Made by a program: the position numbers and the translations under genes | Notes under the pieces: model-generated | What the model was told of the DNA's origin: nothing | Seen by the model: the letters and a program-made list of their open reading frames with translations, nothing else | Database searches by the model: none | Assembly (NCBI GenBank): GCA_964057225.1 | Contig: OZ059897.1 | Coordinates: 15,128,001 to 15,192,000 of the forward strand | DNA length: 64,000 nucleotides | Direction: 5' to 3' | Source: Auanema rhodensis | Taxonomy: Eukaryota > Animalia > Nematoda | Shown here: positions 14,522 to 26,735 of the stretch, one piece after another | How positions within the stretch are numbered: position 1 is the stretch's first letter | How the letters are laid out: every line of letters begins with the position of its first letter

Positions 14522-14838
14522 TTATCATCTTCAAATGTTCTCTTGCACCTCATATCAGCATAAAATTATAATTTACTGAGTCAGTTCATAATACAAAGGA
14601 TTCATGTTTTTTGCAATTCATGTTATATAATAACTTTCTAGGATTTTATTTATTTGTATTTTACAATGCTCAGTCGGCAGCTAGTCTACTTTTCTCATGA
14701 TCTTACTTATTGTTTTAGCAATAAAAGGTTTTCTTTTTTTTGTATTTTGAGACTTGTTTTTCTTCTAGATAGGTGATATTCCTCTCGTTTATCCTTTTTT
14801 TTGAATTTGTGATTTTATTTATTTTTCTATAGTTTCTC

Positions 14839-16176
14839 ATGGCTGGAAAGGACTTAACAGTTATTAAAAAAATATTATCAGCTGGTAAAGGAACTGTGAA
14901 GGAATTTCGAGATGGTAAGTTTCATGTTTGCTAAGAATAATAAATTATACACTTTTAGGCACTAAAGCTGTTTTCGATTATAGAGCCCTTGTTCCTATTG
15001 ATATAGACGCACCATTAACAGGGTATGATCCACTACTTTAAATTTAAACTCCTTATTACTTTTTAGATCAAATTTTAAAACCGTAGATGATACGAAGAAA
15101 AACTGGCCAGAGGGTTATGGAAAACCTTTGGAAATGGTTTTTGGAAAAAAGTTTCAATTACCAGTTTTCGAAAAGTGTATAAAAACTATGCTAATCGATG
15201 AGGTGCTTTAGTATTTATTTTGATCATTTCATAGTCTATGTATCTCAGATTGCTCAATTTGATGTTGATCCAATTGAAGTGGTTAATTTTCCAATGGTTT
15301 CCAAAAAGTTAAGAGATATTGTAAAGCCTAGAGATCGACATGATCATCAACATCATCACGGCGGGGGAATGTGTGCAGCTTCATTAACGCAAGGGTATGT
15401 TGCACTGTAAACAATTCAAACTGATATTATGTTTATGTTAGAACAGGGTACCCTGAGCTGGATGAACTTATGAGACAACCAAAATTGATAAGATTTGTTT
15501 TTCATCTATTGGAAGTTACTCCGCCAGAAGGATATGAAGCTGAGAGTTGGCAATTAACAAGTGAAGAGAAGCTTATTTCTGTTGAAACCTTACGGCAGCG
15601 TGGAAATCAATTGTACAAAGAGGTAAAGACAAAATACGTGCATCAAAACTACTTAAATATTTTAAGAGAAAATACTCAGACGCTATTATCAAGTATAAGG
15701 AAGCTCTTGGTCGTCTAGACACTTTAATGCTAAGAGAAAAACCTGGAGAACCAGAGTGGACAGAATTAGACATGAAGGTTTTTATCTAGTTTAAAAAATT
15801 TTCTTATAATTTTTTAAAGAACATCACTCTTTACTTGAATCTGTCTCAATGCTACCTAATGAACGGTAAAGCATATGAAGCTATGCAAACAGCAACGGAA
15901 GTTTTAAATAGAGATGAAAATAATGAAAAAGCTTTATACAGACGGGCAAAGGCATTTATAGCTACATGGCAACTTGACGAGGTGGCAAAACGTTATAAAT
16001 TCTAAATAAATAATATATTATAGGCTGAGATGGATTTAGATCGATTATATCACTTGCATCCTAATAATCGTACTCTAGTTAAAGCAGAGAAAGAACTAGT
16101 AAGGGTGAAAAGAATGGAAACTGCAGAAGCAACAAAAGCCATAAGTAACAAGATGATGAGAGCTTTCGGAAATTAA
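14839..16176 (+). CDS. aipr-1: AH receptor-interacting protein-like (FKBP-like domain + TPR repeats)
   Basis: [32 protein letters not shown], His-rich loop before [37 protein letters not shown]. Confidence 0.88.
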
Positions 16177-16530
16177 TTTTGACTTATAAAAGGACATTGT
16201 ACATTTGAAACATATTTAACAAATGATCTGACATATTCCTTGAAAAATACGGTAACCATTAGTAATAACACTATGATTTTATATTGTCTCATACTTCACT
16301 GATTTCATAATAATTTTTCATGTTCCCCAAACTTAAGGAATAAAAATACTTTCTTATATCGCCGCGTGTCACTAGTAAACAAAATTTTATTTTATATTTA
16401 CAGATAATATCAGGCAAACGACCGATATATAGAAATTGCTGAACAGAAAATGTATAAAAATATATCACAACGAAAATGAAAACTAGCCGTTGAGAATCGG
16501 AAATCCAAAGTAAAACATATTCAGAATTAA

Positions 16531-17406
16531 TTAAGCACTTGCCCATCGTTCTAAATCTTCGAGATCCTGAAATATAACTAATAAAAGTACATCAATATGA
16601 ATAAAACTAAACCTCGTCATGGGTACTTTTTCCTTTACTGGCACTATGAACATCACTTGTAGGGACTTCTGGAAGGGATACAGCAGGTGGAGCGTTAATA
16701 TCCAAAAGCTGCTTATCAAGCTCTTCTTGTTCAAGAGCTTCAAGCTCAGCCATAAGTTCATCCTCATCTATTCCTCTATCAAATCCAGCTGCACTTGAGA
16801 TAGCTTCAGCAACTTCATTGGCTACATACTGTCCTTCAGCAATATCCTCCATGAGTTCGTGAACCTAATTAATAAAGTAAACCTTATGTTTGGATTTCAA
16901 AATTAAACAAACATCTTCGACGTTCATATTATTATGAGCATTCTTAAGAGTCTTGCTTGCATGTTTCATTGCATTAATTACTTCCACATTAACTGAAGCA
17001 TTTTCCAAAGCTTCTCTCTTAACATATATAATTATAAATTTAATAAAAGAAAAAAAAACCTGATACTCTATAGTTTGAAGGACACCATCAATATGTTTTA
17101 ACTGCTTTTCATGTTGCTTCTTTCTAGTTAAAGCTTGTAAGGCCAACCTCTTATTCCTAGTACCATGCATTCTTGCATTGTTAATTTCCTTAAAAAAATT
17201 AGACAATCTCAATCAAAATATTAAAATGGATCATAATAAATAAGATATATTATTTGATAGAAAAAACTCACATCTTGCATCTTTTTCTCCAAAAAGTCCT
17301 GCTTTTTGGCAAGCATATCCTCTTGTTCCCTCAATCTCTGAATGGCATCCTGAGTAGAGAGTGTTGGCTCTGCTTTTTTACTAAAAATTTTTCCGAGAAA
17401 GCTCAT
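16531..17406 (-). CDS. vps-32: ESCRT-III Snf7/CHMP4 protein
   Basis: MSFLGKIF...AIQRLREQEDMLAKKQDFLEKK, NKRLALQALTRKK..EKQL..IDGVLQTIEYQREALENA, DEDELMAELEALEQEELD, DLEDLERWA. Confidence 0.93.
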
Positions 17407-18087
17407 GCCTGATCTATAAGAGTAGGAATGACAAAATTGAGAAAAAGAATATTCGATAAGCGCAAGTATGAGTCATTTTATAATGTTCGAAAATCAATGA
17501 AGAAATAAAATATAACAGGCTTAAACAGGTGAATGTCAATTTGAAAAAAAAAAGGATCGAAAAGGTTCCCACGAAGAAAGATTCTTCGTATTTGTGTGAA
17601 AGGAATTTATTCATAGTATGAAAATTTAGAATCAATGAAATATCACTAGGGCAGGCAGTGCCGAGGTCTGTCAATAAAATCAATATTGTTAACCGCAGTG
17701 GGTCGAATGAGATGAGAATTTTTAGAACAAAATTAAATCAAAGTTGTCTTGTACATTGAAAATGTTGCTCTGATCCATCCAATTCACTATAGGTTCTTAA
17801 TAAACCAAACTCTAAACTGCTGAATCAGCTGAATCAGCTGACGATAAGATGATGACGTCACGAATCTTGGCAAGGTTCACTGTTTGGCAGCCGTGCGCCT
17901 ATAACAAATAGTTTGAGGCTGCTTGGCTGCCCCTTATGCTGCAATGCCTACGACCATGGGTAAAGAATGTTTTCACTTTTTCGATGTTTTCTTTCATCTC
18001 TATTTTTGTGGCAAATTTTGTCAGTTACTCTTGTTACCTAGTTATTGAAAAAAAAATTCTCAATTTTTTATTGCAGTTTGGGGAAAA
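17407..18087. promoter_or_regulatory. Divergent (bidirectional) promoter region between vps-32 and icd-1
   Basis: Head-to-head start codons ~680 bp apart; CRE palindrome TGACGTCA at 17853-17860; tandem GCTGAATCA repeat at ~17819-17840. Confidence 0.4.
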
Positions 18088-18749
18088 ATGGACAGCAAAG
18101 CTATTGCTGAGAAAATTAAGAAGCTTCAGGCTAATGCCGAGCTTGTTAAGATCGGTGGAAAGGTATTTTATCAATATAATTTTGATTGACAGTTTTATTT
18201 TTTAGGGAGTCCCAAGAAGAAAGAGAAAGGTTATCCACAAGACCGCTGCTGCCGATGACAAGAAGCTCCAGAGCAATCTTAAGAAGCTCTCCGTTACCAA
18301 CATCCCAGGAATTGAGGAGGTATATTTTATACTCGTAATGTAAATCTTAAATTTGTGTTCAAGGTTAACATGATCAAGGATGATGGAACTGTTATCCACT
18401 TCAACAACCCTAAGGTTCAAGCCTCTGTTCCAGCCAACACTTTCTCTATCACTGGAGGAGCTGAGAACAAGCGTATGACTGAGATTTATACTCCAGTTTA
18501 AGTACTCTTTTTAAGAAATCACTGATATGCTTCCCGGAATTCTCAACCAGCTTGGTCCTGAGTCCCTCACTCACTTGAAGAAGTTGGCTAACAATGTTAC
18601 TAGCCAATACAAGAGCCCTGAGGAGGAGGATGTTCCTGGTTAGTTTTTTTAAATAAGAAGCATTTCTCTACATTTCAACTATTTAAGATCTCGTTGGAGA
18701 CTTTGATGAAGCTTCTAAGAACGAGGCTAAGGCTGAAGAAAAGGCCTAA
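18088..18749 (+). CDS. icd-1: Nascent polypeptide-associated complex beta subunit (BTF3)
   Basis: [98 protein letters not shown]. Confidence 0.96.
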
Positions 18750-19158
18750 ATTTATGTCTCGCTTATCAAACCTTTACCTTATTAGTGAAGTGGGAGTGCT
18801 CTATCCCGCTTACATTTGTTATCGTTGGTTTCCACGTATCTCGTTTGATCCTTTTTCAATGTGTAGCCCGCACTCCCTCGCATGTTTCTGTTGTTTTCGT
18901 TGATGATTTTTGTTTGTATCAGATTTTTAAGATCTTGATGGCTAATAAACTTGTTAGTCTATTGTTATTTTCTTGTACCCCAATTTTCATTACGAAACAT
19001 TGAATCATGGTGTTAACGCAATTTTTGTTGTTTGGGACCCACGTTGTTAACTACCAATAAAATAATTGTTAAGCTATATTTTCTTCAATTTGGGTAATTT
19101 CCCTTTGAATAATTGAGCGCATTATATACTCTCCTGGCTCTGCAATAGCATTTCCAGG

Positions 19159-20912
19159 ATGACAGACAGTTTGGGATCATCCAATCAGCAGCTGCTTCTG
19201 TTAAAAGGTGGGGGAAAAGGAAATATTTATATTTGGACAATTTTAGTTATGCGGTTGGGAAGACATAAAACCAACGGCCCACAAGCGTTCTATGATCCTA
19301 ATGATCCTGACGGGTTGTCAAAATATGCAGAAAGTTCCAAGGAGACTATAAAAGCTGAAAACATTAAGGAATCAACTCTAAATGATCTAGTAATTGTGCC
19401 GCATATGTTTGAGTATGACCAAAAGTTTAATATTAACGCTTTCTTTTACGCCTGATTCATTATAGAAATATCTATCTAGGAGAAACATTTTCTTTCTATT
19501 TACACTGTGTTAATGAAAGTGATCAGAGAGTTACCGATGTTTCTGTTACGGTTTGTTCATAATTTGCTCAGTTTTAATATGTAGTAACTATTCAGTGTGA
19601 TTTGCAAACAAGCACACAGCGTGTTTCTTTGCCATGTTCCTTGGAGGATCAATCTCTTGAAGCCGGCACATCAATTGGCCAAGTTCTTAGTCATGAAATA
19701 AAGGAACTTGGTCAACACATGTATATTCTTAGCTTTTTATCCATTCACAAAACAATTATGTTAGACTTATTTGTTCCGTGAACTATAAAACTGTTGGAGC
19801 AGAGAAGATGTATTTTCGAAAATTCTTGAAGTTTCCTGTCTCGAAGCCAATTGATGTTAAAACCAAATTCTACAACACTGAGGTACGTTCAACATTTATT
19901 TTATAATTTAATGGGTGCGGGTTGTGTGTTTTTAATTTTTTGTTTTTGCATGTTCTTTCCCTGCTACTCGTTGTGCTAGTGTTTCGTTTAGGATAGTTCG
20001 GTAAGAGATTTTTGCAAATAATTTTCATTTATACTATTTAGAATAATGATGTTTACCTGGAGGCTCAAATAGAAAACACTTCTATTTTACCGATGATATT
20101 GGAGAAAGTAGAATTAGATCCCAGTCAATTCTATGAGGTTACTCCAATACGTCCGAAGTATAACTTCCGTTAATTGATGAATATTTATGAGATTTAATTA
20201 TAGTTTTACTGAACAGAGTTCAAAATTGTTAAGATCAACTGATATTCGACAATTCCTCTTCTGCTTATCGCATCGTAAAAATCAGAATTTAACTTGGTTT
20301 GTTTTGTTGTAATTGATATGTTTAATATTTTTTGCAATAGTTATAAGGATATGACAGTTATTGGAAAGCTGGATATGTCATGGAGAACGAGCATGGGGGA
20401 AAAGGGAAGACTACAAACTAGTTCTCTTCAAAGAGTTGTAAGCTTTATTGTAAATTTAGATAATTTTAATCATATTGTGTTAGCCTCCGGATTATGGTGA
20501 TATCAGACTAGCAGTGGAACAAATTCCTGCTACTGTCAAAGTTCGAGAATTGTTTCAATTCAAATGTCGCGTATACAATTGCAGGTTTGTAACATATAAT
20601 ATCAGAAATACAATGTACTTTTTCAGTGAGCGTGCGTTAGATTTAACATTATCGTTCGACCAGGCGTCATATTCGTCATATGTGATTTGCTCTGTTTCTG
20701 GTTTATCATTGGGACAGCTACCACCTAATTCCTCATTTCCATTCACAGTTGATATTTTGCCGGTGTCGGTTGGATTCCAAGTATTTTTTGCTTTATGTAT
20801 CTCTGACTCAAGTTGAATTTATTTCCAGTCAATTGGTGGATTCCGTTTCGTTGATGCCAACCAGAAAAAGACATACGAGCATGACGATATCGCTCAAGTC
20901 TTAGTTTTGTAG
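19159..20912 (+). CDS. TRAPPC13: Trafficking protein particle complex subunit 13
   Basis: [100 protein letters not shown]. Confidence 0.92.
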
Positions 20913-20989
20913 TAATTATAATACTTTTAAGATTGTGATATTTATACGGGTTTGTAATATGCTTGCAGAATAGCATGTAATTTATTTAT

Positions 20990-22100
20990 CTATGAGTGAA
21001 GGTGATCTATTTTATAGTTGTTGCTTCGAATGATACACTGTCCTTGCGTTTTTTCAACTTCAATACGAGCAAACTCTTGCAGCAAATCTCCATCCTATAC
21101 AAAATCTATTAAAAAAAGTATAAACAATTGTTTTTTTACCTTTGGTAACGAAGACATTTTCTTCTTAACTTTAATAATTTCTGGTGCAGTGGCTTCAAAT
21201 TTATGATATTTAAATTCCTCCGCTGTTGAGCATCTGAAAGAAAAGATAGGTCATTACATAAGGGGAGGGGGGTAAGTAGAAATTCTCAAAATTATTTTTT
21301 GCGTATAAAAGGATTGGTTCTGAGCATATTAAATATATAGTTTACCTTTCGCAAGGTAATACTTCTTTCAAGATGATAGGTGATTCATTCCCAACTTGGA
21401 TAGATCGAAAAATTAATTTTCTCCGAATTATGCTTCGTTTTCCTTAATAGTCATAGATATTTGTTTTTATTAACATATTTCACACCTGGTTCATGTTTAA
21501 GAAATTGCAAGCAATTTTCACAAATATTTACATCATTTGTTGTAATTGGTGTAGCTCTAGGTATAGTCATAGTTTGAAGTTCAATCTCTCCACATGACGA
21601 AGATCGGAAAAGTGTCTGAAAGTAAAAATTTAAAATATTGTTTGCTTTGTTTATAACCTTGATATCTTTCCATTGTTTTCTTATATTCTCCCGCATCTTT
21701 CTTAATTTTGGAGCTCTTGTTGGAGTTTTAGGATTAGGACTTCTATGTGACATCTGATTAAGCACAAAATTATATAATTGTATTACTTACTCTTCTACTT
21801 TCAGTACACTGATTTCGTCCGAACGGCTCATTAGTAAATTTCTATAATCTGTAAATAATTACATAATTTTTTGTAGTTAAAAACAAGTGATAAAACGCTT
21901 GTGGAGCAATAAGGAAGTTATGATACTGCAAAATAGTTGAAGAGAGAGGGAAGACTAAAGTAAAAATGAGGAGTAATACGAAGTTAAGACTGAAATGTTT
22001 TTCCTAATATCAACAGATGACAAGCCCGATGGGACCACGGTTGGGATTACATATGACTTTTGTTGATGGCATTTCTGTTCTTTTGATATGGAGCTGCTGG
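20990..22100 (-). CDS. Uncharacterised multi-exon protein; boundaries approximate
   Basis: Several short open minus-strand segments bounded by GT-AG (e.g. MSHRSPNPKTPTRAPKLRK, CENCLQFLKHEP, EFKYHKFEATAPE). No family recognised. Confidence 0.4.
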
Positions 22101-22905
22101 AAATATGCAAAAATGTTGAAGAATTTCAAATATGGAAGGACAATCGAATTAAGTAGAATTGCTTTAATAGCATTTTTTATGGTACAGTAAGCACGGAAGT
22201 AGCATAAAGCGGATTCATGACAAGATAGATAATTAAAGTGGGTGTTATCTTGCAGCACAACAATTTTTGCACTTTCCCTTCTACTTTTTAAATCTAATTT
22301 CAAAAGTTTACAATGTTAAAAGTGAGGATTTTCTGTTGCGATCACGTGCTCTTTGATGGATGAGGGTAAATGTGGAAAATATAACAAATGAAAAGGTTAC
22401 AGCCGAGGATGTGAGTTCTTGAAAGGAAATTTCCGGTTGTTTGAATTCTAGAGGTGAGAACAAAGATATAGAACAAGCAAATACTTAAATACAGCTATTA
22501 AGTTATAGGCTATGACGAAAAAGTTTTTGAAAATTTTCAGTTGACTAAGAAATGAAAACCGTTAAGCTTTATTATTGGATTGGAACATCTGTATATTTGT
22601 TGACGTTACTTTATATCTTTAGCATAAGTTAATTGATATGATTTAAGAAAAGACAAGTAAAAATATAGATGACATATACATAACAATAACCATTCATGTA
22701 CAAACAGCTGAAAAAAAAGAATCTGGTAGTGGGAATACATTACATAGCCGGGTCATCTTTTGTTGCACAAGGGACTCAAGGGGGCTGATATGCGAGACAG
22801 CTCTAAAGCATGCTTGGAGAATATAGAAGAAGAATATGATAAGTGAGAACAAGTTTCAATTTCGTGGATTCCTAGAATAGGCCTAACGTTTGCTTCAAAC
22901 GACTT

Positions 22906-24636
22906 CTACTTTTGAAGTCTTTCAACGGCATCATGCCAGAAACACGCCTTCATGTTTTCGAAGCGGTCATAGCAAGCAACATACGAGAAATCCAAGAGAG
23001 TGACGTTGCCTGGTCGTTGATCACAGAATGTCAAGCACTGAAATGCACAATGTTTTATAAGAAAAGTTCATAGAGCACACGATACTGAAACTGAGGTTTG
23101 ATCTATCAAACTTACTTTGTCTCCAGCTAAGGTTGTTGTAACTCCATTTCTTGCACAACAACTTGTGTGATCTCGTCCTTGTGCAGCACAGAACTGAATT
23201 TCAGCGGAAGCCGATAAAGGACAAGCATCTTGTTTGAAATACATGCGAGTAAGCTGCAATTAGATCATATTGTAGGCAAATCAAAGCCGACTTAGATCTT
23301 ACTGTTTGTTTTGTATATGTGTTAAAGCTACATTTCTGAAGACATGCATCCGGTAAGCCACGTTGTTCGCAACAAGCCATAAACATAGCATTGGGATCCT
23401 AAGAATGCTATTTATAAGAAAAAAATATCTTTTGTAGCTTTAATGTTGATTAATTTTTCGTTCAATTTAACGATTTTTAGGCTTCATCTAGGAATAACAT
23501 GAAGAACGGTACGGGAAAGTATGATTACTAGTTGTTCGTTAAAGTTAATCCTCTTTCGTTCCTCAATGAGGTTTTGATGGTCAGATAGGTATTGAACTAG
23601 TATATTTGAATTATCTTCATTATTCGTATTCTGTTATTATTTTTCAAAAAAAACTAGTTTTTCAATATAACTGATAGGCAAAGCCAGCCCATATGCGCTA
23701 TGAGCTAAGGGAAATGTGAGATATACATACATATAACGTTTTAAACGAAATAATGGCGAGTTGGAATCTTATGGTTCATAAAGTATGATTCAGAATAAAC
23801 AAAGGATGGAGAAAACCAATTCTTGTGATTTGGTGTAGGATTTGAATATCATACTTTCTTTTTTAGTGTTATGTATACATTGAAATTCTGAATCAGCCTT
23901 AAGTGTATCTCTATTTTTGAATTTAACTTTCGAAAGAATGAATCTCTTAAGATGTTACCCTAGGCTCAGTTCTTCTAAACTGCGAAAACCTATCAGCTCC
24001 AAGCAGTATTGGTCCTCTCTGAGGAGAACTTTCAATTCTCACTGTTCCAGATCCATGAGCACGAGCCCGGACTCTGAAGCATCCGAAAGCTCCACAAGCA
24101 TAACCAGGACCACAACCTTAACGAGAACATGTTGTTTAGTATTTTTCAACAATGTTTCATGTTGAAATAGCTATAGATTTTGATGTGATTACAAATAACT
24201 CTTACACTTTATAAACAAAATATGGTAAAGTGTAGCAAAGAAGCTTTGGCCAACAAAAAAAAGCATTTATGTATGTGTGCAAAACACTTTTTGTTATAAT
24301 TTTTTGGAAAAATTTCGTTTGTTCTTTCAAATAATATGTTGTAACTAACCAATGCCTCCAGCACAAGGTGGGCTTATTGGAGGGATCGGAGGAAAGCAGC
24401 CAACTAACCCTCCACAGATACCCGAAGCCACACACTGAAATTGTAGAGAAAGAGTCAATTTTCACGTTTGTACGACTACTGTTTCCAAATATTACAACCT
24501 ATTTTGTGAACTTGAATCTACCTAAGCATTCGCTATTGTCGGGCTGCTAAGTTGGTCATTTTTCAAAAACACTTACCGAGTATGCTGTTGAAGGAGCAAG
24601 AGTTATAAAAAGAAATATTATGTATAAGCTTTGCAT
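22906..24636 (-). CDS. Secreted DB-module (Cys-rich) protein
   Basis: Signal-peptide exon MQSLYIIFLFITLAPSTAYS, ~1.2-kb intron, then DPNAMFMACCEQRGLPDACLQKCSF, CAAQGRDHTSCCARNGV, CLTFCDQRPG, ACYDRFENMKACFW. Confidence 0.85.
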
Positions 24637-26735
24637 TATTCCTGAAAAATAATGTAAATATATCGAATTGGAGTTATACACTAGGAATAAAAACATTTAG
24701 AAGTTACAATTTTAGCGTAAGTGTAGTGGTAAAGCCGCAGGCTATGACAAGTGCAAACGGTTTGACTGACCGGATGAGGGATTGCGATCGTGGGCGGATC
24801 ACTAGCTCTGTTCAATCCGCCTTGTTCTTCTACAAACCTTGTACGGTAATCCTACTCTGTCTGAAAAGACTCGTCAACTCGCGTCTATGAGTCTTGTCTA
24901 AACCGGTTTTCAAGCCTCTAGTTTGGACGATCGGATTCAACTATATACAAGATGGCAAACGGATGATGACCAGCAAACGGATTTGAACGGTGCAACAGTC
25001 AACAAGCCGTTTCAAACATTTTGAAGACAGTACTTTTGTCAAGTCATCCGCCGACATATCAAAAGAAAATCGGCTCAGTTACGAAATTAACAAGCCATCT
25101 ACCGGTTAGGTCACTAAAATCGTACAAAGAACATGCACCAGTTTTGCTGGATATAGTTGTAATCCAAGCAATAACCTTTTCTGGACGAAAAAAAGTTTCC
25201 AAGTTTCAAAAAAGTATAGTCGTTTTTGAAGCATTGTCATGTGATGATTGTTGGGACGGAAATTACAGAGTCCAGCATTGTGTTGATTAGCACTTGCAAA
25301 GACCAATTGAATTTTTTTCGCAACTAAACAACTGGTCATCAAACTTAGTGAAGAGAAATGTACTAGTTTTATAGAGAAGATCATTAGATAACCACAAGAT
25401 TAAACTCAAAAGTATTGGGTAATAATTTGAAACCGGAAATAGCCATTGGAATTCAGCTTAATCGGATCTGTAAAACTTTGAATATATGTTGTATTTCCAA
25501 ATATCTCGCCGAAACAACAATAAAATAGTTTATTGGGTTATTCTCCAAAAATATTTGGATGAGTATCAAGATATTCTTGAAAGCAATCACGAATAGAATC
25601 AAAGTTTTGAAGACAAGTGAGATGGTGTAGATAATCACTTGGTGCTCTCTTGTTCGCTTCACAATATGGCATACAAATTGGTAGAACTTTTCTGAAAAAT
25701 TGATCAAATGTAATAATATTTTTTAAATATCTAATTCTTACTTTCTTTTACAACATTCTGTATGATCAATTCGTGATGAAGCACAATCCCACATTTGCTT
25801 GACAGTTTCATGACGAGGTTGACACATATTTAAATAATGCATAAGCTAAATGACCAGTTTATAAAATGAAAAAAAAATCATTTTAGTGTTAAACATGAAA
25901 ACTTATGAATCGGAAGCACATACGCTGTTTTTCAATGATACGTATAATAGATCCAGCGGAGGAGAAAATTATGAAAATCATAAAAAGGAAACTAACGTTT
26001 TTCTGATTAATAGCTCCGAAATCACAAAAACGTCTTTTACATTCTTTGTCAGCAGTTTTTTGTCGTGCACAACATGCTTTAAATTTCTGGTTACCATCTC
26101 TATCTGCTGCTATGCCTCTGAAAATTCATAGAAAGTTTTATAATATACTATCATTTTATAAAAAAACAAAATGAATAGAAACTTACAGAAGAAAAATTAT
26201 TGAAAAAAAGATGAGACTGGATAGATTCATAGCTGCAAAAGGCTAAGAGGTTAAGACTGTTTCCAAAACTCTTTTATATGATAACCATGGCTGTAAAAGT
26301 GAATAGACGTTTTGGAACAACAATACAAATTGTTTACCTTTAAGAAGAATATTTAACGGATGTATAACATGTTCTCGTACAATATCATGTAAACGATACC
26401 ATCTTCTCCATTTCTCTCAAGTGAAAAGAGGCTAATCATGTTAAGAAATTCATATAAGGCTGATTCACGACCATATTCTTCAAGTTAGCAATTTTGTAAT
26501 AAGGCCAACTTGAAAGAACAAACTACAAATTTCTGAAAAAAATGAGACATTCAAAAATAAAACTTTGGAAGCATATAACGTATAATACTTTAATTTAATC
26601 GATATCTTTATTATTAACCTAATTAGCATAATTAGCATAATAATAAAATGATGCGAAGAAGATTTCAATTTGTCTATAACAACAAGAAATGTTTTCATTG
26701 TTTTCATTTACAATATTTTATTTTATTTTTCTTAC

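Noticed and set aside
24700-26700. Possible gene or decayed transposon in this higher-complexity intergenic stretch
   Set aside because: No consistent reading frame, terminal repeats or recognisable domain could be assembled.
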